DNA from: Candidatus Binataceae bacterium
GTDB taxonomy: Bacteria; Desulfobacterota; Binatia; Binatales; Binataceae
NCBI GenBank assembly: GCA_030037595.1
Contig: JASHQJ010000212.1
Coordinates: 1-44,428, forward strand
Direction: 5' to 3'
Length of the DNA stretch: 44,428 nt
Shown: positions 9,948 to 19,561 of the stretch, piece by piece
Layout: every line of letters starts with the position of its first letter
How positions within the stretch are numbered: the stretch's first letter is position 1
Made by a program: the position numbers and the translations under genes
The notes under the pieces: model-generated
Seen by the model: the letters and a program-made list of their open reading frames with translations, nothing else
Databases searched by the model: none
What the model was told of the DNA's origin: nothing

Positions 9948-10805
9948 TCAGCGCGTCGTTCGCCCGAAAATCGAGCGGAGCCATCCGAAAACTTCCGGAT
10001 AGAGGGCGAGATCGAGCACGAATTCCTGGCCGATCGGCACGGTCCGAAGACGCAGCGCGTCGCCGCGCCGGCGCCATCGCTTGCGGTCACTGTGGCGGGA
10101 AAGGGCAGCGCGCCCGTTCGGATAGAACCATCGGGGCAGCTTCCAGAGCGATCGTCCGCCGCCTGGATCGTTCGCCGTTAAGCATAGTTCGGGACGAAAG
10201 TGCGAAAAGGCCCCCGCACCCGGCAGCACAAGGCCGAGCGAATCCAGCTTCGAACTCGCGACGAAGATAGTATTCCTCTTGTAGCGTGCCGTATCTGACA
10301 GATGGGGATGATACGCTGCCCACGGTTTCGTGCGTGCCGTGTCATGGCTCACCTCGACGACCTCGCCAACCTGCATCCAGCCGTAGATCACATGCAGGTC
10401 GGGTGCGCCGCTGACGAAGTTAACTCCGCGTACGGACTCCTCGGCGCGGCGGAACCATCCGAAGAATAGGAACAAGTCCCCGGCACCAACGTGATGCCGT
10501 GCGAGGTGCGCGGCCGCCGCTCCCGCCTGGCCAAAGATGGGCCGCCAGCCGCGCCGCCGCAGGAGCGCCTCGCGGCGTAAATCGGGATCGAGATGCGCGC
10601 GATCGGCCGCGCCTATGCGGCCGCGCGTGAGTTGCTCGACAACCCGCGCGATCGATTTGCCTAGGCGATCGCGGATGTCGCCATAGCTGATGGGCGACGC
10701 GGCATCAGGAATCGGCAGCGGGCAGAGCGTGCCGTCTTCGAAAATCGGACTCGCGCATCCGCCGTTGCTCGCGTCGAACCCCTTGCGGCTAAGGATAAGT
10801 TTCAC
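9948..10805 (-). CDS. Nucleotide modification-associated domain 3 (Nmad3)-like protein
   Basis: GTG start gives MKLILSRKGFD..GG..SPIF.DG.L..LPIP, then HLDPDL, FGQ, GDLFLFFGWF, HVIYGWMQV, HPH, GQEFV, as recalled for this family. Confidence 0.72.
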   Translation of the reverse strand: MKLILSRKGFDASNGGCASPIFEDGTLCPLPIPDAASPISYGDIRDRLGKSIARVVEQLTRGRIGAADRAHLDPDLRREALLRRRGWRPIFGQAGAAAAHLARHHVGAGDLFLFFGWFRRAEESVRGVNFVSGAPDLHVIYGWMQVGEVVEVSHDTARTKPWAAYHPHLSDTARYKRNTIFVASSKLDSLGLVLPGAGAFSHFRPELCLTANDPGGGRSLWKLPRWFYPNGRAALSRHSDRKRWRRRGDALRLRTVPIGQEFVLDLALYPEVFGWLRSIFGRTTR

Positions 10806-10869
10806 GTGTGCGCCGACGCCTATGTTATAGTTGCGCGGACGGTGTGCCGCACCTGGCGCGTGATCTGCG

Positions 10870-11526
10870 ATGTCCAAACCGCAGTTGCTTAACGAACTGG
10901 CCCGCTTCATCGAACGAGTCGCGGCGACTGCTCGCACCGGGCTTGCTTTCAAACCCGACGGCTTCGACGCCGAACGCTACGAGCAGTTGCTGCACGAGGC
11001 GGCGCGCCTGCAGGCGCTTGTGAGCGGCGCGAGCGAGGAAGAGGCGGAGGAGCTGCGCGCCCGATGGCGGAGCGAGGTCGTGGCCGGTTATCACGGCTAC
11101 GTGACAGCCGCGGTCGGCGTCGGAATCATCGCGTTCAACGAGCGCGACGAGGTGCTGATGATCCGGCGTCCCACCGGCAAGTGGTGGTATCCGACCGGTT
11201 TCTGCGACGTTGGAATCTCGCCCGCCGAGAATGTGGTCAAGGAAGCGCGCGAAGAGACCGGGCTCATCGTTTTCCCCGAGCGAGTCATGGCGATAATCGA
11301 CAGCTTCAAAGTCGGCTCGCCCGCGCGACACGTGTACGCGATACTTTTTTACTGCCGCATCGTCGGCGGCACGCTCAATCCAAATCCGCTCGAGGCGCTG
11401 GAGGCGGGGTTCTTCCATCTGGATCGCCTGCCGGAGCCGCTGCACGGACTCGACCGCAAATGGATCGAGATCGCGCGCGCGTTCCATTTCAAGGGTCGCG
11501 TCGATCCGTACTTCGATCCCGTGTGA
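10870..11526 (+). CDS. Nudix hydrolase with N-terminal Nudix_N-like domain
   Basis: ARTGLAF...FDAERYEQL N-terminal segment; GYVT; Nudix box GFCDVGISPAENVVKEAREETG. Confidence 0.9.
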   Translation: MSKPQLLNELARFIERVAATARTGLAFKPDGFDAERYEQLLHEAARLQALVSGASEEEAEELRARWRSEVVAGYHGYVTAAVGVGIIAFNERDEVLMIRRPTGKWWYPTGFCDVGISPAENVVKEAREETGLIVFPERVMAIIDSFKVGSPARHVYAILFYCRIVGGTLNPNPLEALEAGFFHLDRLPEPLHGLDRKWIEIARAFHFKGRVDPYFDPV

Positions 11527-11531
11527 AAGGG

Positions 11532-12317
11532 TCAGGCTGCGGAGGCGCGCCGCGCAACGCGCGTTGCGAGTAGAAACGCAAAGAGCGCGAACGCGATCGT
11601 GATTGCGACCGAACTCATCATCGGCGCGGCCGATCCAATCGCACTCGGCTCTGCCAGGTAGAGTCCGCGCCGGAGCGCCGCCATCGCGTAGGTGAGCGGA
11701 TTGAGGCGCATCGTCCACGCTAGCCATCCAGGCGCGCCGTTCACTGGAAAGAACGCCCCTGACAGAAGCCAGATCGGAATCAGGATCAGGTTCATGATCG
11801 CGTGGAAGCCCTGCGTTGACTCGATACGCCACGCGATCACGAGTCCGATGCTGGTAAGGGCGAACGCGATCACCGCCATCATCAGCGACGCGGCGATGAT
11901 CGCGCCGACGCTCAGGTGGATGCCGGCGAGCGGTGCGAGTACGAGGAAGATGATTCCCTGAATCAGGGCGAGCGTCGTGCCGCCGAGAGCTTGTCCGAAC
12001 ACGACAGTGGCGCGCGAGATCGGCGCAACTAATACCCCTTGGAGGAAGCCTTGCTTGCGATCCTCAACGGTCGAGATTGTCGCGAAGATCGCGGTGAACA
12101 GCAGCACCAGCACGATCACGCCGGGATAGAAGTACTCCGCATAGCTCATCGCCGCGGGCATCCCACTCGGCCGGAACGATGCGTTCAGTCCCGCGCCGAG
12201 AAGCGCCCAGAACACAAGAGGTTGCAGGATCGCGCCGAACAGGCGGCTCCGCTGGCGCACGAAGCGCGTGATCTCGCGCGTCCAGAGAGTGCCGGCCTGC
12301 AGCATCATCCCGCGCAT
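11532..12317 (-). CDS. ABC-2 type exporter permease
   Basis: REITRFVRQ, PGVIVL, EDRKQGFLQGVLVAP, LSGAFFP, NPLTY. Confidence 0.9.
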   Translation of the reverse strand: MRGMMLQAGTLWTREITRFVRQRSRLFGAILQPLVFWALLGAGLNASFRPSGMPAAMSYAEYFYPGVIVLVLLFTAIFATISTVEDRKQGFLQGVLVAPISRATVVFGQALGGTTLALIQGIIFLVLAPLAGIHLSVGAIIAASLMMAVIAFALTSIGLVIAWRIESTQGFHAIMNLILIPIWLLSGAFFPVNGAPGWLAWTMRLNPLTYAMAALRRGLYLAEPSAIGSAAPMMSSVAITIAFALFAFLLATRVARRASAA

Positions 12318-12320
12318 CGG

Positions 12321-13325
12321 TCACTCGCGCTCCGCGGCGCCCTTCGCATCGGTGAAAAACTGATGCCCGGTAAGATGAACGAAGACGTCCTCGAGCGTCG
12401 GTTTTCCGAATGACACCGACTCGAGCTCGTTGCCGAACGCGTCAACCACGTCGCGCACGAACTCGTGGCCGCGCGGCCGCTCGATGCGAATCACGCCGCC
12501 GACGATTTGTCCTTTCACCTTGAAGCGCTGCTGAATCTTGCGCTCGAGCATCTCCGGCGCGGCGCACTGGATTGCGACCACGTCGCCGCCGACCTCCGCC
12601 TTTAACGCCATCGGGCGATCGATCGCTGCCATCGCGCCTTCGTGCAGGATCGCAATTCGATCGCATCGCTCAGCTTCTTCCATGTAGTGCGTCGTCAGGA
12701 CGATGGTGACGCCTTCACTCTCGCGCAGATGCGCGAGGTAGTTCGAGAACTCGCGCCGCGCGGCAGGATCAAGGCCGGTGCTGGGCTCGTCGAGCAGCAA
12801 GAGTTGCGGTTCGTGCAAAAGGGCTTTGGCGAGCTCGACACGGCGCTGCATACCGCCGGAGAGAGTTTCGACGACGTCATCCGCGCGATCTTCAAGCGCG
12901 AGCCGATTCAGCATCGCGGCCGCGCGATCTTTCAGCCGGCGCCCTGTGATGCCGTAAAGATGACCGTGGTGGCGCAGGTTCTCGGCGACCGTCAACTTGC
13001 CGTCGAGGCTCGGCCGCTGAAACACGACGCCGAGCGCGCGCCGGACGGCAATCGTGTCGCCGCGCAAATCGCGGCCAAGCATCCGCGCCATTCCCGATTG
13101 CATCGGCACGAGCGTCGAGAGAATCTTGAACAGCGTGGTCTTGCCCCCGCCGTTCGGACCGAGAAAGCCGAAGATCTCACCACGCCCGATCGAAAACGTG
13201 ATATCGCGCAACGCCTCGCGTTCCTCATAGCGAAATCCGAGCGCGGCGCACTCAACGGCGAATCCCGCCGCGGTAGCTTCGGCAGCGGCCGCCACCGCGG
13301 AGCCAAGAATTGCTGAACCACTCAT
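12321..13325 (-). CDS. ABC exporter ATP-binding protein (DrrA-like)
   Basis: GPNGGGKTT, LSGGM, LLLDEP, TTHYMEEAE, PTLEDVF; start moved to ATG 13325. Confidence 0.9.
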   Translation of the reverse strand: MSGSAILGSAVAAAAEATAAGFAVECAALGFRYEEREALRDITFSIGRGEIFGFLGPNGGGKTTLFKILSTLVPMQSGMARMLGRDLRGDTIAVRRALGVVFQRPSLDGKLTVAENLRHHGHLYGITGRRLKDRAAAMLNRLALEDRADDVVETLSGGMQRRVELAKALLHEPQLLLLDEPSTGLDPAARREFSNYLAHLRESEGVTIVLTTHYMEEAERCDRIAILHEGAMAAIDRPMALKAEVGGDVVAIQCAAPEMLERKIQQRFKVKGQIVGGVIRIERPRGHEFVRDVVDAFGNELESVSFGKPTLEDVFVHLTGHQFFTDAKGAAERE

Positions 13326-13384
13326 CGATCGAGAATTAGCCCTGATTATCGCGCTCAGCGCCGCCGCAGGCAATCTTCCTGCGC

Positions 13385-14105
13385 TCAGGGCTCGCCAAGA
13401 CCGGCGGCGGACTCGACGTCCGGTTCGCCAAGACCGCGCGCCGCGCGATGCCATCCGTCTTCGAACGCCGATGCGCGCTCCGCTCCGCTGCCATGCCTGC
13501 CATCGCCGCCAGTGAAATCGTCGCCCGTCATTTGGTAGTAAGCGGTTACCTCGGTCGGATCGAAGCGGCGAATACCGAGACGCTTGAGCGAGTAGCCGGC
13601 GAAGCGATCGGCACTGAGCTCGCGTTCGCGCGCTGGCCTTGTGCCAGGCGTGGTGTCACCGTGCAGTTCATGTCCGATCTCGTGCGCGAAGTGCGCGTAG
13701 AGCATCGGGCGCAGCGCCGCGGGATCCTGCACCTGCATCCAGCGCTCGAAGAGCATTGCGAGATACTTGCAATTGTAGAAGATGCATCCGCGCCCTGCTC
13801 GCATGCAGCGAATCAACGGCGACGGAGTCGTACACGTGGACATCGGCACCCCAGAGCTGATTCAGTTGCTTAACGATTGAGGCGTAAGGTTCGCCCGCGG
13901 CATGCGCCGGTTCGCCGCAAACAACAAATGCGGATGAGCTGGACTGCTGATGCTATGTTGCGCTGGTTTCGGCGGCGGGCGCCTGATTCATCGAGCCGCG
14001 CTCGACGATATGCCAGTCGTCCTGCGCCGATGATGCTGACGTTCCAACCGCCGCGAGCGCGGTCATAGCCATCGCCGCGGCGACCCCCCTTGAAAAGTTT
14101 CGCAC
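13385..14105 (-). pseudogene. Secreted HExxH zinc-metallopeptidase-like gene with an in-frame stop and a frameshift
   Basis: GTG 14105 gives a signal-like MRNFSRGVAAAMAMTALAAVGTSASSAQ; TAG at 13953-13955; frame continues to ...WGADVHVYDSVAVDSLHASR; +1 shift near 13790 joins GCIFYN...AHEIGH...ELSADRFAG...HGSGAERASAFEDG. Confidence 0.65.
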
Positions 14106-14120
14106 CCCCTCCGGCGAAAT

Positions 14121-15821
14121 CTAGCTGGTCACCGCGCCTCCCGCGCTTGTTACTGCGCCGCGCGATGACGACGACACCTGCTGCGCATACTTCGCCATCA
14201 CGCCCGACGCATAATGAGGCGTCGGCACCTTCCAATCCTTAAGCCGCTTCGCGATTTCCGCGTCGCTCAACTCGACGTCGAGTCGGCGCTTCGCAACATC
14301 AAACTTGATGATGTCGCCGTCGCGCAGCGCCGCGATCGGACCGCCGACCGCAGCCTCGGGCGCGACGTGCCCAGCCATCAGGCCGTGCGTGGCGCCTGAG
14401 AATCGTCCATCGGTCATGAGCGCGACCGATTCGCCCAGCCCCTCGCCGACCAGCGCCGCGGTAACTCCGAGCATTTCCGGCATGCCGGGCGCGCCTTTAG
14501 GACCTTCGTAGCGAATCACTACGACGTCGCCTGCTTTGATTTGCCGCTGCGACACGGCCTTGAACGCGTCGTCCTCGGAATTGAAGACGCGCGCCGGTCC
14601 GCGATGATCCATCCGCTCGTGGCCCGCGACTTTCACCACGCATCCCTCGGGCGCGAGGTTGCCCTTGAGGATAACGAGGCCGCCGGTTGCCTTGAGCGGC
14701 GCACCGACCGCGTGCACAACTTCCTGTCCCTTGGTTTCTGCTGCCGCATCGGCTTCCTGGCCGATCGTGCGGCCAGTGACCGTCATCGCGTCGCCCTGCA
14801 GCAGGCCTGCCTGCTTGAGGCGCTTCGCAACCAGTGGAATTCCGCCGGCTTTGTGCATATCCACGGCGGTGAAGCGGCCGCCGGGCTTCAGGTCAGCGAG
14901 CAGCGGAGTGCGCGCGCTGATGCGATCGAAATCGTTGATGTCGAGGGCGATTCCGGCTTCATGCGCGATCGCGAGGAAGTGCAGCACGGCATTGGTCGAG
15001 CCGCCGGTCATCGCTACGGATGCAATCGCGTTTTCGATTGATTGCTTGGTGACGATCTGGCGCGGCTTGAGACCGCGCTTAAGTATATCGACCGCGAGCT
15101 CGCCGACCCGCCGCGCGCATTCGGCCTTCTTCGGATCTGTCGCGGGTATGCTGTTCGCGCCCAGCGGTGAGATCCCGAGCAGCTCGCATGCCGTGGCCAT
15201 CGTGTTGGCGGTGTATTGCCCGCCGCATGCGCCTACTCCCGGGCAGGCGACGTCTTCCAGACGCTTTAGATCTTCGAGGCTCATCTTGCCGGCTGAATGC
15301 GCGCCGACGGCCTCAAACACATCCTGGATCGTCACGTCCTGATCACCGAAACGTCCCGGCTGGATCGATCCGCCGTAGAGCATGACGGACGGCAAGTCGA
15401 GCCGAATCAGCGCCATCACGGTCGCGGGTATCGTCTTGTCGCATCCGGAAAGGGCGACGATACCGTCGAACAGATGGCCGCGCGCGGTAAGTTCAATCGA
15501 ATCCGCGATCACCTCGCGGCTGATCAGCGACGCGCGCATCCCGGACGTGCCCATCGAGATTCCGTCGCACACTGCGATCGTGTTGAACTCGATCGGCGTC
15601 GCACCCGCCGCTCGAATCCCGGCCTTTACGTTTCCGGCGAGCTGCCTCAAGTGCGCGGTGCAGGGCATGATCTCGATCCACGTATGCGCTACGCCGATAA
15701 GCGGCTTGCTCAAGTCCTCATCGGTGAAGCCCACCGCCTTCAGCATCGCGCGCGCGGGCGCTCGCGAGGGTCCATCGACGAGGACGTTGCTATGAGCGCG
15801 GAGATTTTTGTTGTCTGCCAT
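14121..15821 (-). CDS. ilvD: Dihydroxy-acid dehydratase
   Basis: [62 protein letters not shown]. Confidence 0.97.
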   Translation of the reverse strand: MADNKNLRAHSNVLVDGPSRAPARAMLKAVGFTDEDLSKPLIGVAHTWIEIMPCTAHLRQLAGNVKAGIRAAGATPIEFNTIAVCDGISMGTSGMRASLISREVIADSIELTARGHLFDGIVALSGCDKTIPATVMALIRLDLPSVMLYGGSIQPGRFGDQDVTIQDVFEAVGAHSAGKMSLEDLKRLEDVACPGVGACGGQYTANTMATACELLGISPLGANSIPATDPKKAECARRVGELAVDILKRGLKPRQIVTKQSIENAIASVAMTGGSTNAVLHFLAIAHEAGIALDINDFDRISARTPLLADLKPGGRFTAVDMHKAGGIPLVAKRLKQAGLLQGDAMTVTGRTIGQEADAAAETKGQEVVHAVGAPLKATGGLVILKGNLAPEGCVVKVAGHERMDHRGPARVFNSEDDAFKAVSQRQIKAGDVVVIRYEGPKGAPGMPEMLGVTAALVGEGLGESVALMTDGRFSGATHGLMAGHVAPEAAVGGPIAALRDGDIIKFDVAKRRLDVELSDAEIAKRLKDWKVPTPHYASGVMAKYAQQVSSSSRGAVTSAGGAVTS

Positions 15822-16033
15822 TTTTCACCTACGATTCTCGCTGGCGGCTCGCACGGCCGCGCGCGATCGATACTTCTACCGCACCGCGCTGAGCGGCAAA
15901 ACCCCACGAGCCGCACGGAGGTTTCCAATCTCAAGCGTCTGCAGAACGGAATTCAATGGCGTCAACTTGGGGGCGCGCTAGAATTGATTGTGGAGCGTGG
16001 CGAAGAACTCCACGCGCACCGTGGTCACTTCCG

Positions 16034-16555
16034 ATGGAACGGCAACCGAGGTCGGTGTCGAAGCGCTCCGCGCCGAAGCGCACCCCTGAGATTTACTGGT
16101 TGGGACTCGGCGGACTACTCGCCTTCTGCCTGGTTGCCGCCGGAGTGAGCGTGCTGTTCAGCACAGCGGCACTCAAGTATTGGTATCCGGGGCTAGCCAA
16201 GCCTCCCTTCGTACCGCCGGCTTGGATGTTTGCGCCGGTATGGACGACGCTCGATGTCCTAGCCGCGGTGGGGGCATGGCGGGTATGGGTCGCGCGCGCC
16301 GCTCCGACGCGTCGTCCGGCGATGGTGCTCTTCGCGATTCAGTTGCTGCTCAGCATCGTCTGGCCGATGGCGATGTTTACGGTCAGGCTTCCGGCTGCGG
16401 CCGCGATCGAGATCGGAGTGCTGTGGATTGCGGTGCTCGCCACGACGACCGCGTTCTTCGAAGTCTCGCGCATCGCCGCGCTGCTGATGACGCCGACTCT
16501 GCTCTGGACGACATTCGTCGGGGTCCTGAGTATCGAGATCTGGCGCCTCAATTGA
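16034..16555 (+). CDS. tspO: TspO/MBR tryptophan-rich sensory protein
   Basis: WYPGLAKPPFVPPAWMFAPVWT, AAL.M.P.L.W; about 5 TM segments; start moved to ATG 16034. Confidence 0.85.
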   Translation: MERQPRSVSKRSAPKRTPEIYWLGLGGLLAFCLVAAGVSVLFSTAALKYWYPGLAKPPFVPPAWMFAPVWTTLDVLAAVGAWRVWVARAAPTRRPAMVLFAIQLLLSIVWPMAMFTVRLPAAAAIEIGVLWIAVLATTTAFFEVSRIAALLMTPTLLWTTFVGVLSIEIWRLN

Positions 16556-16578
16556 AGGCACGACACACCGATGTGCGC

Positions 16579-17727
16579 CTAAACGCCGATCGCCAGTCCA
16601 ACCACTCGACCGATTGCGAATGTTACCCCCGCTGCTGCGAGGCCAATCACCAACTGACGCAGCCCGGCCGATAGCAGATTGCGTCCAGTGAAAAGCGTGG
16701 TGCCCGCGCCGACCAGGAAAAGCACCAACGCGCACAGCACGAGGCTTGCCACGATCGCCTCGGCCCCCGAGAGAAGGAAGAACGGCAGCACCGGGAAAAG
16801 CGCTCCGATCGCGAACAGCAGAAACGATGAAGCTGCGGCGATCCATGCGGAGCGGCGCAGCCGAAACGAATCGACGCGCGTTGCCTCCTTGTTTTGGGGA
16901 GCGACGCGCGAGTGCTGGGAGATCATGCGGTCCGCCATTGCAGCCGCGGCATCTTCGGTAAGTCCCTTCGCACGATATATGCGCGCGAGCTGCTCGCGTT
17001 CGTCCGTGGTCATTTGGGAAATCTCTTCAGCTCGGACCTCGATCTCATTCAAGTAGGATTCCATCGAGGTGCTCACCGACAGCCACTCTCCCATCGCCAT
17101 TGCACATCCACCGGCAACGAGGCCGGCGAGCCCGGTGACCAGGATTGCGTGCGGGTTCATCGCTGCCCCTGCAACTCCCATGACGAGGCTCAGATTCGAG
17201 ACCAGACCGTCGTTGGCACCCAGCACCGCGGCGCGAAGCGCGGTAGCCGTTCCCGTCTGATGCCGCCCCTCGAGGCGAGTCAGCGCTGCGATCGACAGAG
17301 TGGGCGCGGGCGCAGCCAAAGCTTCGATCATTCGGGCGTGAGAGCGCTCGGCGGCGGGCAGGCCGCCGGCCGCAGCCTCGGGCTGCGTATCGTAGTCGCC
17401 GCTGCCGCCGCGCTCGAGACTGGTCGCGATTGGCAGCACAAACCCCGGTCCAAACCGCCGCGCGAACCAGATTAGCGTGCGCGTGCGCCAGCGTGTCCGC
17501 AGTTCCGGTATGGGATGTCCGATCGCGGATAGGCGTTTTTTCCAGAATTCGGCATGGTCCTGCTCGAGCTCCGCCAGCCGGCGGTAAACGCTGGAAACCT
17601 CCGGTTTGGCTTCGAGTTGGGCCAATCCCTGGTAAAGCGCGATGCTGTCCACCTCGCCCTGAAGATTCGTCAGGTATCGCCTGAGGCTCTCCTCGTCCTC
17701 AAGATTGGCTTCATTCCCGCGTCTCAT
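16579..17727 (-). CDS. Ferritin/rubrerythrin-like domain fused to a VIT1/CCC1 Fe/Mn transporter
   Basis: N-terminal E..H motifs (EQDH, ERSH); RAAVLGANDGLVSNLSLVMGVAGA, MAMGEWLSV, GALFPVLPF. Confidence 0.88.
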   Translation of the reverse strand: MRRGNEANLEDEESLRRYLTNLQGEVDSIALYQGLAQLEAKPEVSSVYRRLAELEQDHAEFWKKRLSAIGHPIPELRTRWRTRTLIWFARRFGPGFVLPIATSLERGGSGDYDTQPEAAAGGLPAAERSHARMIEALAAPAPTLSIAALTRLEGRHQTGTATALRAAVLGANDGLVSNLSLVMGVAGAAMNPHAILVTGLAGLVAGGCAMAMGEWLSVSTSMESYLNEIEVRAEEISQMTTDEREQLARIYRAKGLTEDAAAAMADRMISQHSRVAPQNKEATRVDSFRLRRSAWIAAASSFLLFAIGALFPVLPFFLLSGAEAIVASLVLCALVLFLVGAGTTLFTGRNLLSAGLRQLVIGLAAAGVTFAIGRVVGLAIGV

Positions 17728-17767
17728 AGTTAGCTAGCCTTAATACGGCGCCGATTGATCCATCGCT

Positions 17768-17783
17768 ATGAGACTGCTCTCAT
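17768..17783. promoter_or_regulatory. Palindromic candidate operator between divergent genes
   Basis: ATGAGA-CTGC-TCTCAT, perfect 6-4-6 palindrome in the 97-bp gap. Confidence 0.45.
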
Positions 17784-17824
17784 CTCGGGATTAATTCGAC
17801 CCGCGCCGCGGATGGCGGAGAAGA

Positions 17825-19561
17825 ATGGAGCAACATGCCGAGGTACTGATCGGAGGAACGTGGCCTCAGCGCGTTCCCGGTTGGCGCGACCTCATCGCCA
17901 TCGCGCTAGTGATGGCGATCGTGGTCCTGCTCGGCTCGGGCGCGCGCCAGATGGTCGCGCCGCTGGTCGCGGCTCGTGGCGCGACGATCTCCCTTTCGCC
18001 CGCGGTTCTGCCCAATTATGCGCTCCGCACCACGCTGCGGATGTTGGCCGCGCTGATCGCCTCATTGATCTTCACGTTTGTCTACGCAACCCCTGCCGCC
18101 AAGAGCCGGCGCGCCGAGACTCTTCTGATACCTCTGCTGGACGTTCTGCAGTCGGTCCCGGTGCTCGGTTATCTGTCGTTCACCGTGGTCTTCTTCGTGT
18201 CGTTGTTTCCAGGCTCATGGTTGGGACCGGAACTCGCGGCGATCTTCGCTATCTTCACCTCCCAAGCCTGGAATATGACCTTCAGCTTTTATCAGTCGTT
18301 GATAACCACTCCGACCGATCTCGTCGAGGCGAGCCGGAGCTTTCGCTTCAGCGGCTGGCAACGATTCTGGCGCCTCGAAGTGCCATTCGCGATGCCCGGC
18401 CTGATTTGGAACATGATGATGTCGATGTCGGGCGGCTGGTTTTTTGTCGTCGCTTCTGAAGCTATTTCAGTCGGCGCATTTCAGATGGCGCTGCCCGGCG
18501 TAGGGTCTTACGTCGCGCTCGCAATCCAGCAGCGCTCACTCGCCGCAGTCGGCTGGGCGATCATGGCGATGACCCTGACGATCCTGGTCTACGATCAGCT
18601 GCTGTTTCGGCCGCTCGTGGCATGGGCCGACAAGTTCCGATTCGAGCAGACTGCAGCCCAGGTTGTACCACGGAGTTGGGTGCTGGACCTTTTTCGGCAG
18701 GCGACCTTGACGAAGTACGTCACAGCGTCGGTAGCGAGCGGTGTGCAGAGTGTGGCGCGCGCGCGACTGGCTTTGCCGCACAGACCTGCCTGGCTTGAGC
18801 AATTGATTCCCTCACGGCCGATCGTGGATACCGCGTGGTACGGAGCGATCGCCGGCCTGATCGCCTATGCCACGGCGAAGTTGGTGCAATTTGCGCGGCC
18901 TGAGCTCAGCTGGAGCGATGTCACGATCGCAACGGGCAATGGCTTATTGACGCTCGCGCGCGTCGTAATCCTGATCATACTCGCGACGCTGGTTTGGGTG
19001 CCGATAGGCGTGGCGGTCGGTTTGCGGCCGCGGATCGCTTCGAAGGTGCAGCCAGTCGCGCAGTTTCTCGCGGCCTTTCCCGCCAATCTGCTCTTCCCGA
19101 TCGCTGTGTACGTGGTCGTGAGATTTCAACTCGCGCCCAAAATCTGGCTCAGTCCGCTCATGATCCTCGGTACGCAGTGGTACATCCTGTTCAACGTTAT
19201 CGCCGGTGCGAGCGCCTTTCCGAGCGACTTTCGCGAAGCCGCGGCGAGCTTCCGTATCCGCGGATGGCGCTGGTGGCGCGAGGTGATGCTGCCGGGGATT
19301 TTCCCCTATTACGTGACCGGTGCGATTACTGCGTCCGGCGGCGCCTGGAACGCAAGCATCGTTGCGGAATTGGTTTACTGGGGATCAACCAGCATCAATG
19401 GCGGTGGGCTTGGCGCCTATATCGCGCAGATGACCCTGGCAGGCGACTACCCCCGTATCGCCCTAGGCATCGCCGTCATGTCGGGTTTCGTTATCTCGAT
19501 GAACCGGCTTATATGGAGACCGCTGTATGCCTTCGCAGAACGCCGAACGCGGCTTGATTGA
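17825..19561 (+). CDS. ABC permease, nitrate/sulfonate family, duplicated TM domain
   Basis: Two repeats with EAA-like loops (DLVEASRSF, DFREAAASF); LDVLQSVPVLG, SQAWN, WYILFNVIAG. Confidence 0.9.
   Translation: MEQHAEVLIGGTWPQRVPGWRDLIAIALVMAIVVLLGSGARQMVAPLVAARGATISLSPAVLPNYALRTTLRMLAALIASLIFTFVYATPAAKSRRAETLLIPLLDVLQSVPVLGYLSFTVVFFVSLFPGSWLGPELAAIFAIFTSQAWNMTFSFYQSLITTPTDLVEASRSFRFSGWQRFWRLEVPFAMPGLIWNMMMSMSGGWFFVVASEAISVGAFQMALPGVGSYVALAIQQRSLAAVGWAIMAMTLTILVYDQLLFRPLVAWADKFRFEQTAAQVVPRSWVLDLFRQATLTKYVTASVASGVQSVARARLALPHRPAWLEQLIPSRPIVDTAWYGAIAGLIAYATAKLVQFARPELSWSDVTIATGNGLLTLARVVILIILATLVWVPIGVAVGLRPRIASKVQPVAQFLAAFPANLLFPIAVYVVVRFQLAPKIWLSPLMILGTQWYILFNVIAGASAFPSDFREAAASFRIRGWRWWREVMLPGIFPYYVTGAITASGGAWNASIVAELVYWGSTSINGGGLGAYIAQMTLAGDYPRIALGIAVMSGFVISMNRLIWRPLYAFAERRTRLD

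Noticed and set aside
9080-10270. 396-aa alternative-frame ORF, and similar long Arg/Ala-rich ORFs (275-1027, 3466-4497, 10825-11832)
   Set aside because: Shadow ORFs over well-supported genes in GC-rich DNA; no recognisable motifs
13953-13955. TAG as pyrrolysine or programmed readthrough
   Set aside because: Lies in a non-catalytic linker, the gene also has a frameshift, and no pyl genes are in view
15822-16033. Branched-chain amino acid attenuator upstream of ilvD
   Set aside because: No short Ile/Leu/Val-rich leader peptide or terminator hairpin found
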